This document shows positions 48,466 through 59,668 of a stretch of 64,000 nucleotides of DNA, in pieces; within the stretch, counting starts at the first letter, position 1; each line of letters opens with the position of its first letter. The stretch is from Candidatus Hydrogenedentota bacterium (lineage in GTDB: Bacteria; Hydrogenedentota; Hydrogenedentia; Hydrogenedentales; JAEUWI01): NCBI GenBank assembly GCA_034669905.1, contig JAXMOL010000023.1, positions 44,901 through 108,900 of the forward strand. Reading direction: 5' to 3'. Position numbers and translations under genes: made by a program. The notes under the pieces are model-generated. The model made no database searches. It worked only from the letters and a program-made list of their open reading frames with translations, and was not told the origin of the DNA.

Positions 48466-49134
48466 CTAGGCCCGCCACAATGCCACGGAGTCACACCCCG
48501 CGATGGCCTTCCCGGCCGTAATGCGCTCGGGCTCGTTTAACAGCGCGTCAATCATCGCGGCTTTGTCGTCACCGGCCACGACGAAAATAATCTTTCCCAC
48601 CTGGGCCAACAATTCGGGACTCACCGTAATGCGGTCCGGGGGGGAATCCTTATAGGCAGGCGCCGCAAGGCACCCCTTGGCCCGGGCCAAATCGGCATCA
48701 TTGAAGAGGGAGCAGGTGTGGCCGTCGGCCCCGAGCCCCAACAAGGCAACCGGAATCTGCCCCCCCGCTTCCAGAAAGGCACGGAGCGCCTTGTCGTAGG
48801 CTGTTGCGCAGGCTTCGATTTCAAGCTCCGGGTCTATGCGGAGGGTTCGTGTGGCCAGTCCCACCGCTTCGATCATGGCCTTTGCGTTCCCGAAATTGCT
48901 CTCCGGAGAATCTACAGGGACATAGCGGTCATCGGTAAAGGCCAGGTGGGCTTCCGGGACGGCCACCACCGGATCCGCCGCGATATTCGCATACACCGGC
49001 AGGGGCGTATTGCCCCCGGATACCATCAGGGCAAAATTCTGGTCGGCGGACTGGGTCAGCGTGCTCCGAATGAGTGCTTCCACCGCCGCCAGCAGCGCAT
49101 CTTTGGATTCAAAATCAACAACTTCTATGGACAT
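48466..49134 (-). CDS. pgl: 6-phosphogluconolactonase
   Basis: SGGNTP, DDRYVP..SN, LGLGADGHTCSLF; adjacent to zwf. Confidence 0.93.
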   Translation of the reverse strand: MSIEVVDFESKDALLAAVEALIRSTLTQSADQNFALMVSGGNTPLPVYANIAADPVVAVPEAHLAFTDDRYVPVDSPESNFGNAKAMIEAVGLATRTLRIDPELEIEACATAYDKALRAFLEAGGQIPVALLGLGADGHTCSLFNDADLARAKGCLAAPAYKDSPPDRITVSPELLAQVGKIIFVVAGDDKAAMIDALLNEPERITAGKAIAGCDSVALWRA

Positions 49135-49212
49135 CTATCGCTCACTTCCTGCGTTGCAGCATCCCGCAGGCCACCGCACACGCGCTTTCAACTTACGGGC
49201 ACGAAGCCCAAA

Positions 49213-50700
49213 CTACCATTTCGCACCAAAGCGGGCGGCCAGTGCATCGGCCGCTTCCGGACCGCCACTGCCGAACTCATACGTCTCGGGCTCCACCTGC
49301 TTCGCTTCGAGCTCATGCAGTACCGGCGTAAATATATCCCAGGCCGCTTCCAGTTCGTCCGCCCGGATAAAGAGGCTCTTGTCACCCTGGATCACGTCGA
49401 GAATAAGGGATTCATAGGCGTCTGGAATGGCGCCTTCAAAGGCCGACGAGTAACGCAAGTCGAGCTTGGTCTCATCCAGGCGAATCCCCAGACCCGGCAC
49501 CCGGTTCACGATTCGCATGGTCAGCCCCGCGTCCGGCTGGACCTGAATCACCAACTCGTTTTCCGGAAGCCCTTTCGCCGCCTGGGCGAATATGTTACCG
49601 GGAATCGCCTGGAAACGAATGCGAATCTCGGTCTTAGAATCGCCCATTCCCTTACCGGCGCGAATGAGGAAGGGCACCCCATCCCAACGGCGGTTGTTAA
49701 TCTTCAAGGCCGCGGCGGCATAGGTGGGCGTAATGGACCCTTCGGGGGTTCCCTTTTCTTGCAGGTAACCAAAATGCTGCTTACCGTTTACAGCGCCGGG
49801 ACCGTACTGCGCCACCACGATATCGCCCAGGGGGATCGGTTTGATCGCGCGCAGCGCCTTCACCTTTTCATCGCGCACATAGGTGGAGTTCAGCGCGACC
49901 GGCTGCTCCATGGCCACGAGGGCCACCATCTGCAGGAGGTGATTCTGCATCACATCCCGGATGATCCCATATTCGTCGAAATAGCCCGCCCGCCCCTGAA
50001 GGCTCAGGTTTTCCGTCCACGAAATCCGGACATTCTTAATGTGATTGCGATTCCAGATGGGATCGAAAATCAGGTTGGCAAAGCGCAGCACCAGCAGGTT
50101 CTGAATCACTTCCTTACCCAGATAATGATCGATCCGGTAGGTCTGATTCTCACTGAAAACCTGCCGCATACTCTCTGTCAACGCATCGGACGAAGCCCGA
50201 TCACTGCCGAAGGGCTTCTCAATAACGACCCGACTCCAGCTCTGCTCGCCTTCATCGGCAACCAACTCGGCATCATGGAGGGCGTGCGCCACGTCCAGAA
50301 AGAGGAAAGGCGGAATGGCCATATAGAACACCCGATTTTCGGGGGCATCGGTCTTGATATGCTCCAACTCGGTATGAAGCTGACGGTACGAATCGGAGCT
50401 GTCGTAATTACCCGACACGTAGGTGCACCGCGAGAGGAAGTTCTTCATCAGCTCATCGCACTGTTGCCCCGGCACATAGCGGCACGTCAGTTTTTCTTCC
50501 ACCCGCGCACGGAAGGCATCGTTGGTCATTTCACTCCGGGCGAATCCCACGATGTGAAACTGGGTGGGAAGCAGATCCTGGCAGTAGAGGGCAAACAGCG
50601 CCGGAAATATCTTTTTCAGGGCCAAATCACCGGAAGCGCCCACCACCACCACCGCCAGGGGATGGCTACGATCGATGCCAGGTGCGATTGTCGTTTTCAT
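49213..50700 (-). CDS. zwf: Glucose-6-phosphate 1-dehydrogenase (plastid/eukaryote-like)
   Basis: GASGDLA, EKPFG, RIDHYLGKE, RDVMQNHL, RWDGVPF, DAYE. Confidence 0.98.
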   Translation of the reverse strand: MKTTIAPGIDRSHPLAVVVVGASGDLALKKIFPALFALYCQDLLPTQFHIVGFARSEMTNDAFRARVEEKLTCRYVPGQQCDELMKNFLSRCTYVSGNYDSSDSYRQLHTELEHIKTDAPENRVFYMAIPPFLFLDVAHALHDAELVADEGEQSWSRVVIEKPFGSDRASSDALTESMRQVFSENQTYRIDHYLGKEVIQNLLVLRFANLIFDPIWNRNHIKNVRISWTENLSLQGRAGYFDEYGIIRDVMQNHLLQMVALVAMEQPVALNSTYVRDEKVKALRAIKPIPLGDIVVAQYGPGAVNGKQHFGYLQEKGTPEGSITPTYAAAALKINNRRWDGVPFLIRAGKGMGDSKTEIRIRFQAIPGNIFAQAAKGLPENELVIQVQPDAGLTMRIVNRVPGLGIRLDETKLDLRYSSAFEGAIPDAYESLILDVIQGDKSLFIRADELEAAWDIFTPVLHELEAKQVEPETYEFGSGGPEAADALAARFGAKW

Positions 50701-50786
50701 AGCTAACTTCCTTCCATGGCGCCACACCAGGTGCGACGCCCCAAATTACATTTCATGAACCGCGTTAGAACTACGGCATGCCTTTC

Positions 50787-51590
50787 CTATTCGGACTCGG
50801 CAAAAGGTGGTGTCGTAATCTCGTATACGACGAAACCGAGGTAGCGCTTGGACTGCGACGCTACGTAGTCCGCCAAATCTACCGCAACCACGGCTTCCGA
50901 TTTTGAACTCGCGTGATAGAGGCGCCCGCTCCCCCCCGCTTCAGGAAGAAAAATCCCGCAATGGAGGGCAAAGAGCCAATCTATTTTGCCAACAAAGACG
51001 ATAACGGACGGCTTGGTAATACGGGGAGCCGCGGCGGCCGCCAGGTGGGATGGCACGATCTGAATCTGCACATCCCGATCCGGAATATCCGTCCCGAACT
51101 CCGGTGCTTTCACCCGCTTGAAGAAGTCCCGCTTACTGATCCGACGGCTCTGGGACTCTACCGGTACCCCCAACTGACCGGTAACATCCACACACCACGC
51201 GTTCTCGACCGCCCAGTCCGCCACCATAAAGTGGTTCCGGGTCCCAAAGTCGACCGCGCCCCCCGCATAGCGAATCTGCTGCAGTTTAGCGACACTATCG
51301 GTGTAGTTCAAACCGGCGGCCAGGGCAAGGCATTGCTCCACATAAGTCACGCAATCCACCCGGGTCAAGTCGATCAGCGGATCCGCATCGTGGGGCGCCC
51401 CCGGACCTTCACCCAGTGGGCCGTCCTGGTAAGCCGTTCCCAGACCGTCTTTGGCGACTTGCGCCACCCGGGCCACATAGGAGCGCTCACCTTCATGCAA
51501 CTGGCGAAGATAGGGGTCCACGGTCGCGGCCTCCGAGCCGTAAGGCGTTCCTGCCGTGATACTTATAATCAACAATAGCCAAGGGGTCAT
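50787..51590 (-). CDS. DUF1460 N-acetylmuramoyl-L-alanine amidase-like (NlpC/P60 superfamily) protein
   Basis: LGTAY..GPLGEG, DCVTYVE, RNHF, HCGI, HASS. Confidence 0.88.
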   Translation of the reverse strand: MTPWLLLIISITAGTPYGSEAATVDPYLRQLHEGERSYVARVAQVAKDGLGTAYQDGPLGEGPGAPHDADPLIDLTRVDCVTYVEQCLALAAGLNYTDSVAKLQQIRYAGGAVDFGTRNHFMVADWAVENAWCVDVTGQLGVPVESQSRRISKRDFFKRVKAPEFGTDIPDRDVQIQIVPSHLAAAAAPRITKPSVIVFVGKIDWLFALHCGIFLPEAGGSGRLYHASSKSEAVVAVDLADYVASQSKRYLGFVVYEITTPPFAESE

Positions 51591-51892
51591 CACTGGTCTC
51601 CCGCAGATGAGTTGCCGCGTTATCTCTGCGCCACATCCTATCACGTTCGGGGCGGAAATCCCGAATCCCATCACGTACCCTTCCGGCCTGCGCAACGCGA
51701 ATCACCTATCACCCCAAGGTGAAATCATGCGTACCTCCGCGCCCCTTCTCCCCGCCGATCGTCCCCGTCCGGGGCAACGCCCCCGATGCAAACACGGAGG
51801 TGATTTCCACATGTACTTTCCCCCTTCCACTGGCGTACACTAGGCCTTGCAAGACGAACAAATAACCCCGAAAACAGCCAACCTATTTTTAC

Positions 51893-51921
51893 TTGACATT
51901 CATTCAGTGTTTTGGCATCAT
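51893..51921 (+). promoter_or_regulatory. Putative sigma70 promoter of recA
   Basis: TTGACA, 17-nt spacer, TGn-extended CATCAT, ending 46 nt before the recA ATG. Confidence 0.55.
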
Positions 51922-51967
51922 AGGGGCGTGGTGAATTTTTGTTCAGTAAACAACCAAGGAGCATGCC

Positions 51968-53056
51968 ATGGCTGCCAAATCGACAACAAGCAATGATGAC
52001 AAGGGCAAAGCGCTGGACATCGCTCTGTCCCAGCTGGAAAAACAATTCGGACGGGGCACCCTGGTGCGGCTTGGCGACGACAGTATGTCCCAACGGGTCA
52101 GTGCCATTTCGACGGGCAGCCTCGCCCTGGACATCGCCACCGGCGTGGGCGGTCTCCCGGTCGGACGGGTGGTCGAAATCTTCGGTCCGGAGTCCTCCGG
52201 TAAAACGACCCTTTCCCTCCACGTGGTGGCCAACGCCCAGCGTAACGGCGGCATTGCCTGCTTTATCGACGCGGAACACGCCCTGGACCCCCAATTTGCC
52301 ACAAAAATCGGCGTGGACATCGACAATCTATTGGTTTCTCAGCCGGACACGGCGGAACAGGCCCTTGAAATCTGTGAAAGCCTGGTACGCAGTAATGCGG
52401 TCAACGTGATTGTCATCGACTCCGTGGCCGCCCTGGTTCCCAAGGCGGAAGTGGAAGGCGATATGGGCGACAGCCACATGGGACTGCAAGCGCGGCTCAT
52501 GTCGCAGGCCCTCCGTAAGCTGACTGCGGTGATTAGCCGCTCCAACACCCTGGTGATTTTTATCAACCAGATCCGTGAAAAAATCGGCGTCATGTTCGGC
52601 AGCCCCGAGACCACCACCGGGGGGCGGGCCCTCAAGTTCTACTCCAGCATGCGCCTTGATATCCGGCGCATCGCGGCCATCAAAGAGCGCGAGGCCAACG
52701 TGGGTAACCGCGTGAAGGTCAAAGTCGTTAAGAACAAACTCGGGGCCCCGTTCCGCATTGCCGAATTCGATATCCTCTTTAACGAAGGTATCTCTAAAGA
52801 AGGCAACATCCTCGATCTTGCCGTGGAAGAAAAGATTATCCGAAAGAGTGGCGCGTGGTTTTCCATGAATGGCGAAAATCTGGGGCAGGGCCGGGAAGCG
52901 ACCCGCCAGTTTCTTAAGGACAATCCCGAAGTGGCCGAAGATGTACGAAACCAAATCATTAAGCTCAAGGAACTTCCGTGGGCCGAAGGCTTCGTGCCCG
53001 CCAAGGAAGAACCCTTAGAGGAAGAGAGCATTCAGGAAGCGCGTGCAGGCGAGTAA
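51968..53056 (+). CDS. recA: Recombinase RecA
   Basis: [42 protein letters not shown]. Confidence 0.99.
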   Translation: MAAKSTTSNDDKGKALDIALSQLEKQFGRGTLVRLGDDSMSQRVSAISTGSLALDIATGVGGLPVGRVVEIFGPESSGKTTLSLHVVANAQRNGGIACFIDAEHALDPQFATKIGVDIDNLLVSQPDTAEQALEICESLVRSNAVNVIVIDSVAALVPKAEVEGDMGDSHMGLQARLMSQALRKLTAVISRSNTLVIFINQIREKIGVMFGSPETTTGGRALKFYSSMRLDIRRIAAIKEREANVGNRVKVKVVKNKLGAPFRIAEFDILFNEGISKEGNILDLAVEEKIIRKSGAWFSMNGENLGQGREATRQFLKDNPEVAEDVRNQIIKLKELPWAEGFVPAKEEPLEEESIQEARAGE

Positions 53057-53102
53057 TACCGCATATACGAACACATCCTCCTTACCGTTGGGCCAGAGCC
53101 GC

Positions 53103-56093
53103 ATGACCCGTCTGTGGCTACTGGCCCTTCTTGTCCTGACGGCGATTGTGGCCGGTGGTGTGCTCTTCGTGAAATACCAGCTCGAGGCGCTCCGCAACAC
53201 CGTCCAAACCGAAATCGCCCAGCGAACCGGAATCTTCCTGGAAGCAGATAATGTGCGGGTAGACGGGCTCCGCGGTCTGCGTATGCGACAGCTTCACATG
53301 ACCGTGGAGACCGAGAACGGCCCCACCATCGATGTGCACGTGCCCGATGCCCTGCTTCTGGTCAGTCTGGCGGAGCTCCTTCAACGACGTGTTTCCATAA
53401 GCCGCATCCAACTGGACGACGCGCACATCCGGCTTTTCCGACCCCGGGGGCACTTCTGGTTTACGGGAGATGTCACCGAACGCTCCGCCCTGACCTCCCA
53501 GATTCCCTTTCGCGCCGTGGGCCGCAACTGCACCATCGAGATAGAACGGGTCGTGGGCGATACCAACTTCGAGATCGACGCCATAAACTTCGATCTCAAC
53601 CGCCTTGCCGACTCTCCCCATCTCATCGCCAATCTGGACGGCCAGTTAGATGGCACCGAAAGCAGCGGCTTCCAGGTTTTCGCCCGCTACTCCTCCCTCG
53701 AAAATTTTGATCTGCGCATCCAGGGGGACAAACTGAACAGCCAGCGCCTCGCCCCCTTCTTTCCCCTGATTGCCGAACATATTGCCTCGGGCAATGCCCA
53801 GCCCAGCATCCGGGTCTCCGGATACCCACGGCGCACGATGGTCGTCGGACTCGAACTTCCCTTCGACACCTTCGCACTCCACGAACAGCCCGATTTCCCT
53901 GTCCCCGAGGAAGGTCGCTTTACCGCCCTGGCCAGCTATGACATGAATGGCCATCTGCTCACCCTGAATACCGCCAAAACCCTTTCCCCCGAATTTGAGG
54001 GGCAGGTCGAGGGCACCGTCTCTTTTGCCCAGGACCCTCCCCAACTGGATCTGAAACTGGAAGTCCAGCAGCTGGCCATGGATGACATTATGGCGTTTGC
54101 CTCCGGGGCCTGGCTTGAAGAACAGGGCACCCTCGCCCTCGAGGCATCGGATCCCTACCGGTTTTTCGTCACGTTCACCGGCGATACCACGGCCCCCGAA
54201 ATCGGCGTCGAGGCCCAACTGGGTATGGGCAAACTGCGCTTTGACCCCGCAAAAGCCAGCGTGCCCTCCGCCGACCTCGATTTCAGCCTTATGAGCCTTT
54301 CCTGGCGCTCGGGCGAGACCCTGCCCACCGGCCGACTTGCCCTGAGTGACGGCACCATTTCCCACCCGGAGTATGGCATCGAGGCCACTGGCGTTTCCGG
54401 CACCATGCAACTGCACGACGGAGGCATACAGTTCACTCCGCTGGTCGCCCAGGTTGCAGGAAACACCCTTCGCGGCAGTCTGGACTATACGATCGACTCC
54501 GAAACCCTGACCTTTGATTTGTCCGGCGATCTGGCCGCCGTCGAAACACTGGGCCCACTGAGCGACCACGCCCGATTATCGATGCAAGGTCCCGTCACCC
54601 TGGACCGCCTCAACGGCGTCGTCTCCCCCCACGGCTACAAGGTGGAAGCCGCAGCGGACCTGACCCGTACTGCCATAGACTGGGAGTGGTGGATTTCCAA
54701 GAAGCCCGGCGTAGGCGCCCGGATTCAAGACCTCCGTGTCGAAGTCGATTCGAAGAAAGAAATCACGATCAGCGGCAGTGCCGCCCTCGATACCGCTACC
54801 ATCGACGCCTCCGCCTCCCTCACCCGGGAGGGTGACAAGTGGCAACTGCAACGGGTAGACGCCTCTTCCCCGCGCATCGAGATGCGCACCGTCGACAAGG
54901 TCCTCAACCTCCCCTATGCCATCTCCGGCGGTGAAAGCAGCACGGCCACCCTATCCTGGCGGAGAATCAGCAGTGTCCCTGATGAGGTTGCATTGCGTAT
55001 CGGCGGAGAAATCGATACGTTGAACATGCTCCCCCTGGGCACCGCAAAGCCCATCCTGGGCACGGGCATCACCATCGACACCGAGGTACTCAAGACGGGC
55101 GAGGTCCGAACAGGCTCTCTGGAACTGAAAGCATCCACGACCAACCTGCCGCCCTTCGGTACCCCTTGGTTGCTTCCTCTGCGCGCCGAAGACGATCCAA
55201 GCATGGCGTTGTTCCCGCCCCTCGACCGGGATTGGACCTATACGCTGCGTTCCGATTCCATCGTCTATCCCCCGTGGTCCGGCACCGACTTCAGGGGAAA
55301 TGCCTACGCGACCCCCACGACTTCCGGCTTTGAATCCTTTGAAGCCACGGTGCAAGAGGGGATGGTAAACGGTATCTATGACAAGATTCGGGCCGACAAC
55401 GTCCATCATTTGAATGCAAAGTGGGAAGACGTACCGGCCAGCTACCTGTTGAAACACCTCAAACTACCTGAGATTTTTACGGGCGTCATGACCGGTGGCA
55501 TTGAGTACAATCTGGATGGAGACGACAGCGGCACGCTGCTCGGAAAAGGCTATTTCGACGTGGTCGATGGCCAGTTCAGCGCCGATTATCTGGTTAATCA
55601 GTTTGAACACCAGATAGAAGAGGCTTCTATTACCCTCCCCCCCAACATGAAATTCTCCCGCTTCAGCGCCGATGTCGCGCTCGAAGGAGACATCATCAAA
55701 ACGACCAACATGGTCCTTGAATCCGAGGCGCTCACCATCCTGGGAGATGGCCAATTCGTTGTCGAAGGGGATATGGACTACCGCCTTCGCCTTTCACTCC
55801 CACCGGCCACCGCCAAAGGGGTTCCGGCCCTTCGCACCTATTTCAATCTGGATGGCCTCAAACACAGCCAGACCAACCTCGAGTTAGCCTTTCACATCTA
55901 TGGACCAACCTTTGCCCCCCGCATGGAACTTGAAGGCCTCCCATCGGTCGGTGATACCATAGTCAGCGGTGCCGTGGAGGTTACAAGCGACGTTATGAAA
56001 GTCGTCGATCTCCCTAGACAAATCCTCCTCGATCTGTTTAAGATTGGGGGCGGTATCGTCGGAGCCGGGGGCAAAAAAGCACCGTCCGAATAA
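53103..56093 (+). CDS. AsmA-like (bridge-like lipid transfer, YhdP/TamB-type) protein
   Basis: N-terminal TM, SLAELLQRRVSISRIQLDDAHI, long beta-strand-rich body, C-terminal HIYGPTFAP. Confidence 0.75.
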   Translation: MTRLWLLALLVLTAIVAGGVLFVKYQLEALRNTVQTEIAQRTGIFLEADNVRVDGLRGLRMRQLHMTVETENGPTIDVHVPDALLLVSLAELLQRRVSISRIQLDDAHIRLFRPRGHFWFTGDVTERSALTSQIPFRAVGRNCTIEIERVVGDTNFEIDAINFDLNRLADSPHLIANLDGQLDGTESSGFQVFARYSSLENFDLRIQGDKLNSQRLAPFFPLIAEHIASGNAQPSIRVSGYPRRTMVVGLELPFDTFALHEQPDFPVPEEGRFTALASYDMNGHLLTLNTAKTLSPEFEGQVEGTVSFAQDPPQLDLKLEVQQLAMDDIMAFASGAWLEEQGTLALEASDPYRFFVTFTGDTTAPEIGVEAQLGMGKLRFDPAKASVPSADLDFSLMSLSWRSGETLPTGRLALSDGTISHPEYGIEATGVSGTMQLHDGGIQFTPLVAQVAGNTLRGSLDYTIDSETLTFDLSGDLAAVETLGPLSDHARLSMQGPVTLDRLNGVVSPHGYKVEAAADLTRTAIDWEWWISKKPGVGARIQDLRVEVDSKKEITISGSAALDTATIDASASLTREGDKWQLQRVDASSPRIEMRTVDKVLNLPYAISGGESSTATLSWRRISSVPDEVALRIGGEIDTLNMLPLGTAKPILGTGITIDTEVLKTGEVRTGSLELKASTTNLPPFGTPWLLPLRAEDDPSMALFPPLDRDWTYTLRSDSIVYPPWSGTDFRGNAYATPTTSGFESFEATVQEGMVNGIYDKIRADNVHHLNAKWEDVPASYLLKHLKLPEIFTGVMTGGIEYNLDGDDSGTLLGKGYFDVVDGQFSADYLVNQFEHQIEEASITLPPNMKFSRFSADVALEGDIIKTTNMVLESEALTILGDGQFVVEGDMDYRLRLSLPPATAKGVPALRTYFNLDGLKHSQTNLELAFHIYGPTFAPRMELEGLPSVGDTIVSGAVEVTSDVMKVVDLPRQILLDLFKIGGGIVGAGGKKAPSE

Positions 56094-56133
56094 CCTTCCT
56101 TTTTCAACCTATCAGATAAGCAGTTCCCCAATA

Positions 56134-57088
<955 letters not shown>

Positions 57089-57117
<29 letters not shown>

Positions 57118-57949
57118 TGCATACCGGTCCAACAACGCCGTTGACGGCGCCGAATGGTCCTACAGTCAGTATTTGGTCGTCATCATCGTGGCTATCTTAT
57201 TGTGCGTAACCTCGTTCACCGTCGGTTATATCATCGCCCACGTTGATCGCGACATCGCCACGGATGGACGTATCGCGGCCAATAGCAGCGAGCCCGCCAA
57301 ATTAACACCACCACCCCCCGCGGAGGACCCGAAAAAAGCTGACCCGGCGCCCGCCAAGCCGGAGGTAACGCCTCCCACACGGGAAGTGGTAAAACGACCT
57401 CCCCTCACGCCTGCCGAAGTACCCGCCCTGCCCAACCCGGGTACGGGCCCGACGCCCATGGTAAAAACGCCGGTCGCCCTGCCCAAGCCGCAGGACACCC
57501 CGGCTCCCACTCCGGAACCGACACCCCCTCCCGCTCCTGCAGCAGAGACGCCGCCCGCGGTCGCGTCTGCCCCCTTACCGGCCCCCAAACCAACTCCGGT
57601 CCCTGCGGCACCCGTGACAGCTCCCAAGCCGACTCCGCCCACCGTCACCAAGGCACCCGCACCAAACGTCACGCCGCCCAAAGCTCCGGCACCGAGTGTG
57701 GCCCTGGGCTCCTGGGGTATCCAGGTCGCGTTTTTCGATGGCAAGGATCGCAAGAAACAGGCAGAGACCGTAAAGCAGCGCCTCAAGACCAGTGAAAATC
57801 AGGACGCGGTCGTCGTTGTGTCGAATAACGACAAAGAATACCGGGTCATGATCAGTGGCTTTACCACCCGCGATGCCGCCAAAGCCGCCTGCGAAAAACT
57901 GAAGGCAAAAACCGGTTTTGCCGACGCGTGGGTTAAGCGACTTCCCTAG
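57089..57949 (+). CDS. SPOR-domain cell-division protein (DedD/FtsN-like)
   Basis: TM helix, Pro-rich linker, WGIQVAFF..YRVMISGF..DAWV. Start uncertain (57089 or 57104). Confidence 0.88.
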
Positions 57950-58046
57950 TACGCGTGCTCCCGCTTGAACCGAGCGCCAGTGTCACGGTACAGTGACCAC
58001 GTCATAGCATTTCGTAAAACACGTATGGTCAATCAGGAGTGAGTCT

Positions 58047-58922
58047 ATGAAGGTTGCAGTCGTCGGACCAGGTGCGCTGGGCTGTCTATTTGCCGCACGC
58101 CTATCCCGTAGCGGTGTCAAAACACATCTGGTGGATCACGACGCAAAGCGTGCGTCCCGATTGAACAAGTCGGGAATAACGGTGGAATCCCAGGAGGAAA
58201 CCTTCACCGAGTTGGTGCCCGTCTCCACCGCCATCCCCAGTGGTCTGGACCTCATCGTGGTCTTGACCAAGGCGTATAGCACCCGCGACCTCGCTTTTCC
58301 CGACGATGTCCCCGTCTTGACCCTGCAAAATGGTCTCGGCAATGTTGAAACCCTGTGCACCCTCATTGGGAGCGCGCGGGTCCTTGCCGGCACCACGGCC
58401 GAGGCTGCAACGCTACTGGAAGAGGGCCGCACCCGCCACGTGGCGCAGGGTGTGAGCCGTGTGGGCTCTTGGACCTCCTGCCCGACCGACGGGGCCGTAA
58501 GTTCCCTCAAGACCGCTGGTTTCGAAGTAGAGGTTACCGATTCTCCCGGGCAGCTCTTGTGGGAAAAACTCGCCATCAGCGCCGGCATCAATCCCTTGAC
58601 GGCCATACTCGGGGTATCCAATGGGCAACTGTTGGAAATCAAAGAGACCCGCCAATTGATGCGCGATCTGGTCGTCGAAGCCGTCAAGGTCGCCGCCACT
58701 GAAGGCTACCGCTTTGAACACAGTATTGTCGAAAGCGCCGAGGCCATCTGCCGGGCTACCAGCGACAACATCTCCAGCATGCTGCAGGACGTACGCGCCG
58801 GAAAGCGCACGGAAATCGAGGCCATCAGTGGCGAAGTACTGCGACGTGCGCAGGCGGCTTCCCTCCCGACCCAGCGCACCCGCGTCATCTATCAATTGAT
58901 CCAGGGACTTGAGCGGCGTTGA
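58047..58922 (+). CDS. panE: 2-dehydropantoate 2-reductase
   Basis: GPGALG, TKAY, LQNGLG, WEKL, SSMLQD, TEIEAISG. Confidence 0.95.
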   Translation: MKVAVVGPGALGCLFAARLSRSGVKTHLVDHDAKRASRLNKSGITVESQEETFTELVPVSTAIPSGLDLIVVLTKAYSTRDLAFPDDVPVLTLQNGLGNVETLCTLIGSARVLAGTTAEAATLLEEGRTRHVAQGVSRVGSWTSCPTDGAVSSLKTAGFEVEVTDSPGQLLWEKLAISAGINPLTAILGVSNGQLLEIKETRQLMRDLVVEAVKVAATEGYRFEHSIVESAEAICRATSDNISSMLQDVRAGKRTEIEAISGEVLRRAQAASLPTQRTRVIYQLIQGLERR

Positions 58923-59647
58923 AATTACCGGAACTGAACTACACTACCCCCCTTACCTTCACCCGTAAACAGCGTCTCCAACTGGCCGTTCTCCCCCCCC
59001 TGATCGTGAATCTCCTTAAGGGGCTCCTCCTCACCTGTCGGCATGAAGTGCGGCACTTGGAGCGTTTGACGGATGTCATCGCCGAACATGACCACGCCAT
59101 CCTCGCAATCTGGCACGAAGCGGCCACCTATGCCCTCTACAAGCACGTGGGCTCAAACTATCATGCCGCCTCCAGTCAGGGCTTTGATGGAGAACTTGCC
59201 GCACGCCTGACCCACGGCTTTAATGTGGAGTGCGTGCGGGGCTCGTCCTCCAAAGGAGGGGCCGAAGTATTGCGGCAACTCGAGATTGCCCTGGGACTCG
59301 TGGACTGTGTGGGCCTTACCATGGATGGTCCCCGTGGCCCCCGCCGTTACGCCCAACCCGGCCTCGCCATCCTTTCCGCCCGCACCGGAATCCCTGTCGT
59401 GCCCCTGGCGGTTTCCGTAAGCCGAAGCTGGCGTCTTGGCACCTGGGATCGCATGGCCATCCCCAAGCCCTTCGCCAGGGTGCTCATCGACTACGCCCCC
59501 GCCATCGCCCCCGCCGAGTCGACGGATCGGGATGCCATCGAAGTGAAGCGCCAGGAAATCCAGGATAGCCTCAACCGGCTACACGTGGAGCTTGAAGCGG
59601 AACTCGACGATGTACAACCGGAGCTGCCCATCCCGCCATCAAAATGA
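58919..59647 (+). CDS. DUF374 lysophospholipid acyltransferase-family protein
   Basis: AIWH, DGE, RGSSSKGG, DGPRGP, WDRMAIPKPF. Confidence 0.9.
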   Translation: MKLPELNYTTPLTFTRKQRLQLAVLPPLIVNLLKGLLLTCRHEVRHLERLTDVIAEHDHAILAIWHEAATYALYKHVGSNYHAASSQGFDGELAARLTHGFNVECVRGSSSKGGAEVLRQLEIALGLVDCVGLTMDGPRGPRRYAQPGLAILSARTGIPVVPLAVSVSRSWRLGTWDRMAIPKPFARVLIDYAPAIAPAESTDRDAIEVKRQEIQDSLNRLHVELEAELDDVQPELPIPPSK

Positions 59648-59668
59648 AGGGGAAGCGCTGAGCCCTAT

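Noticed and set aside
48718..50706. 662-aa plus-strand ORF
   Set aside because: Antisense shadow of zwf/pgl.
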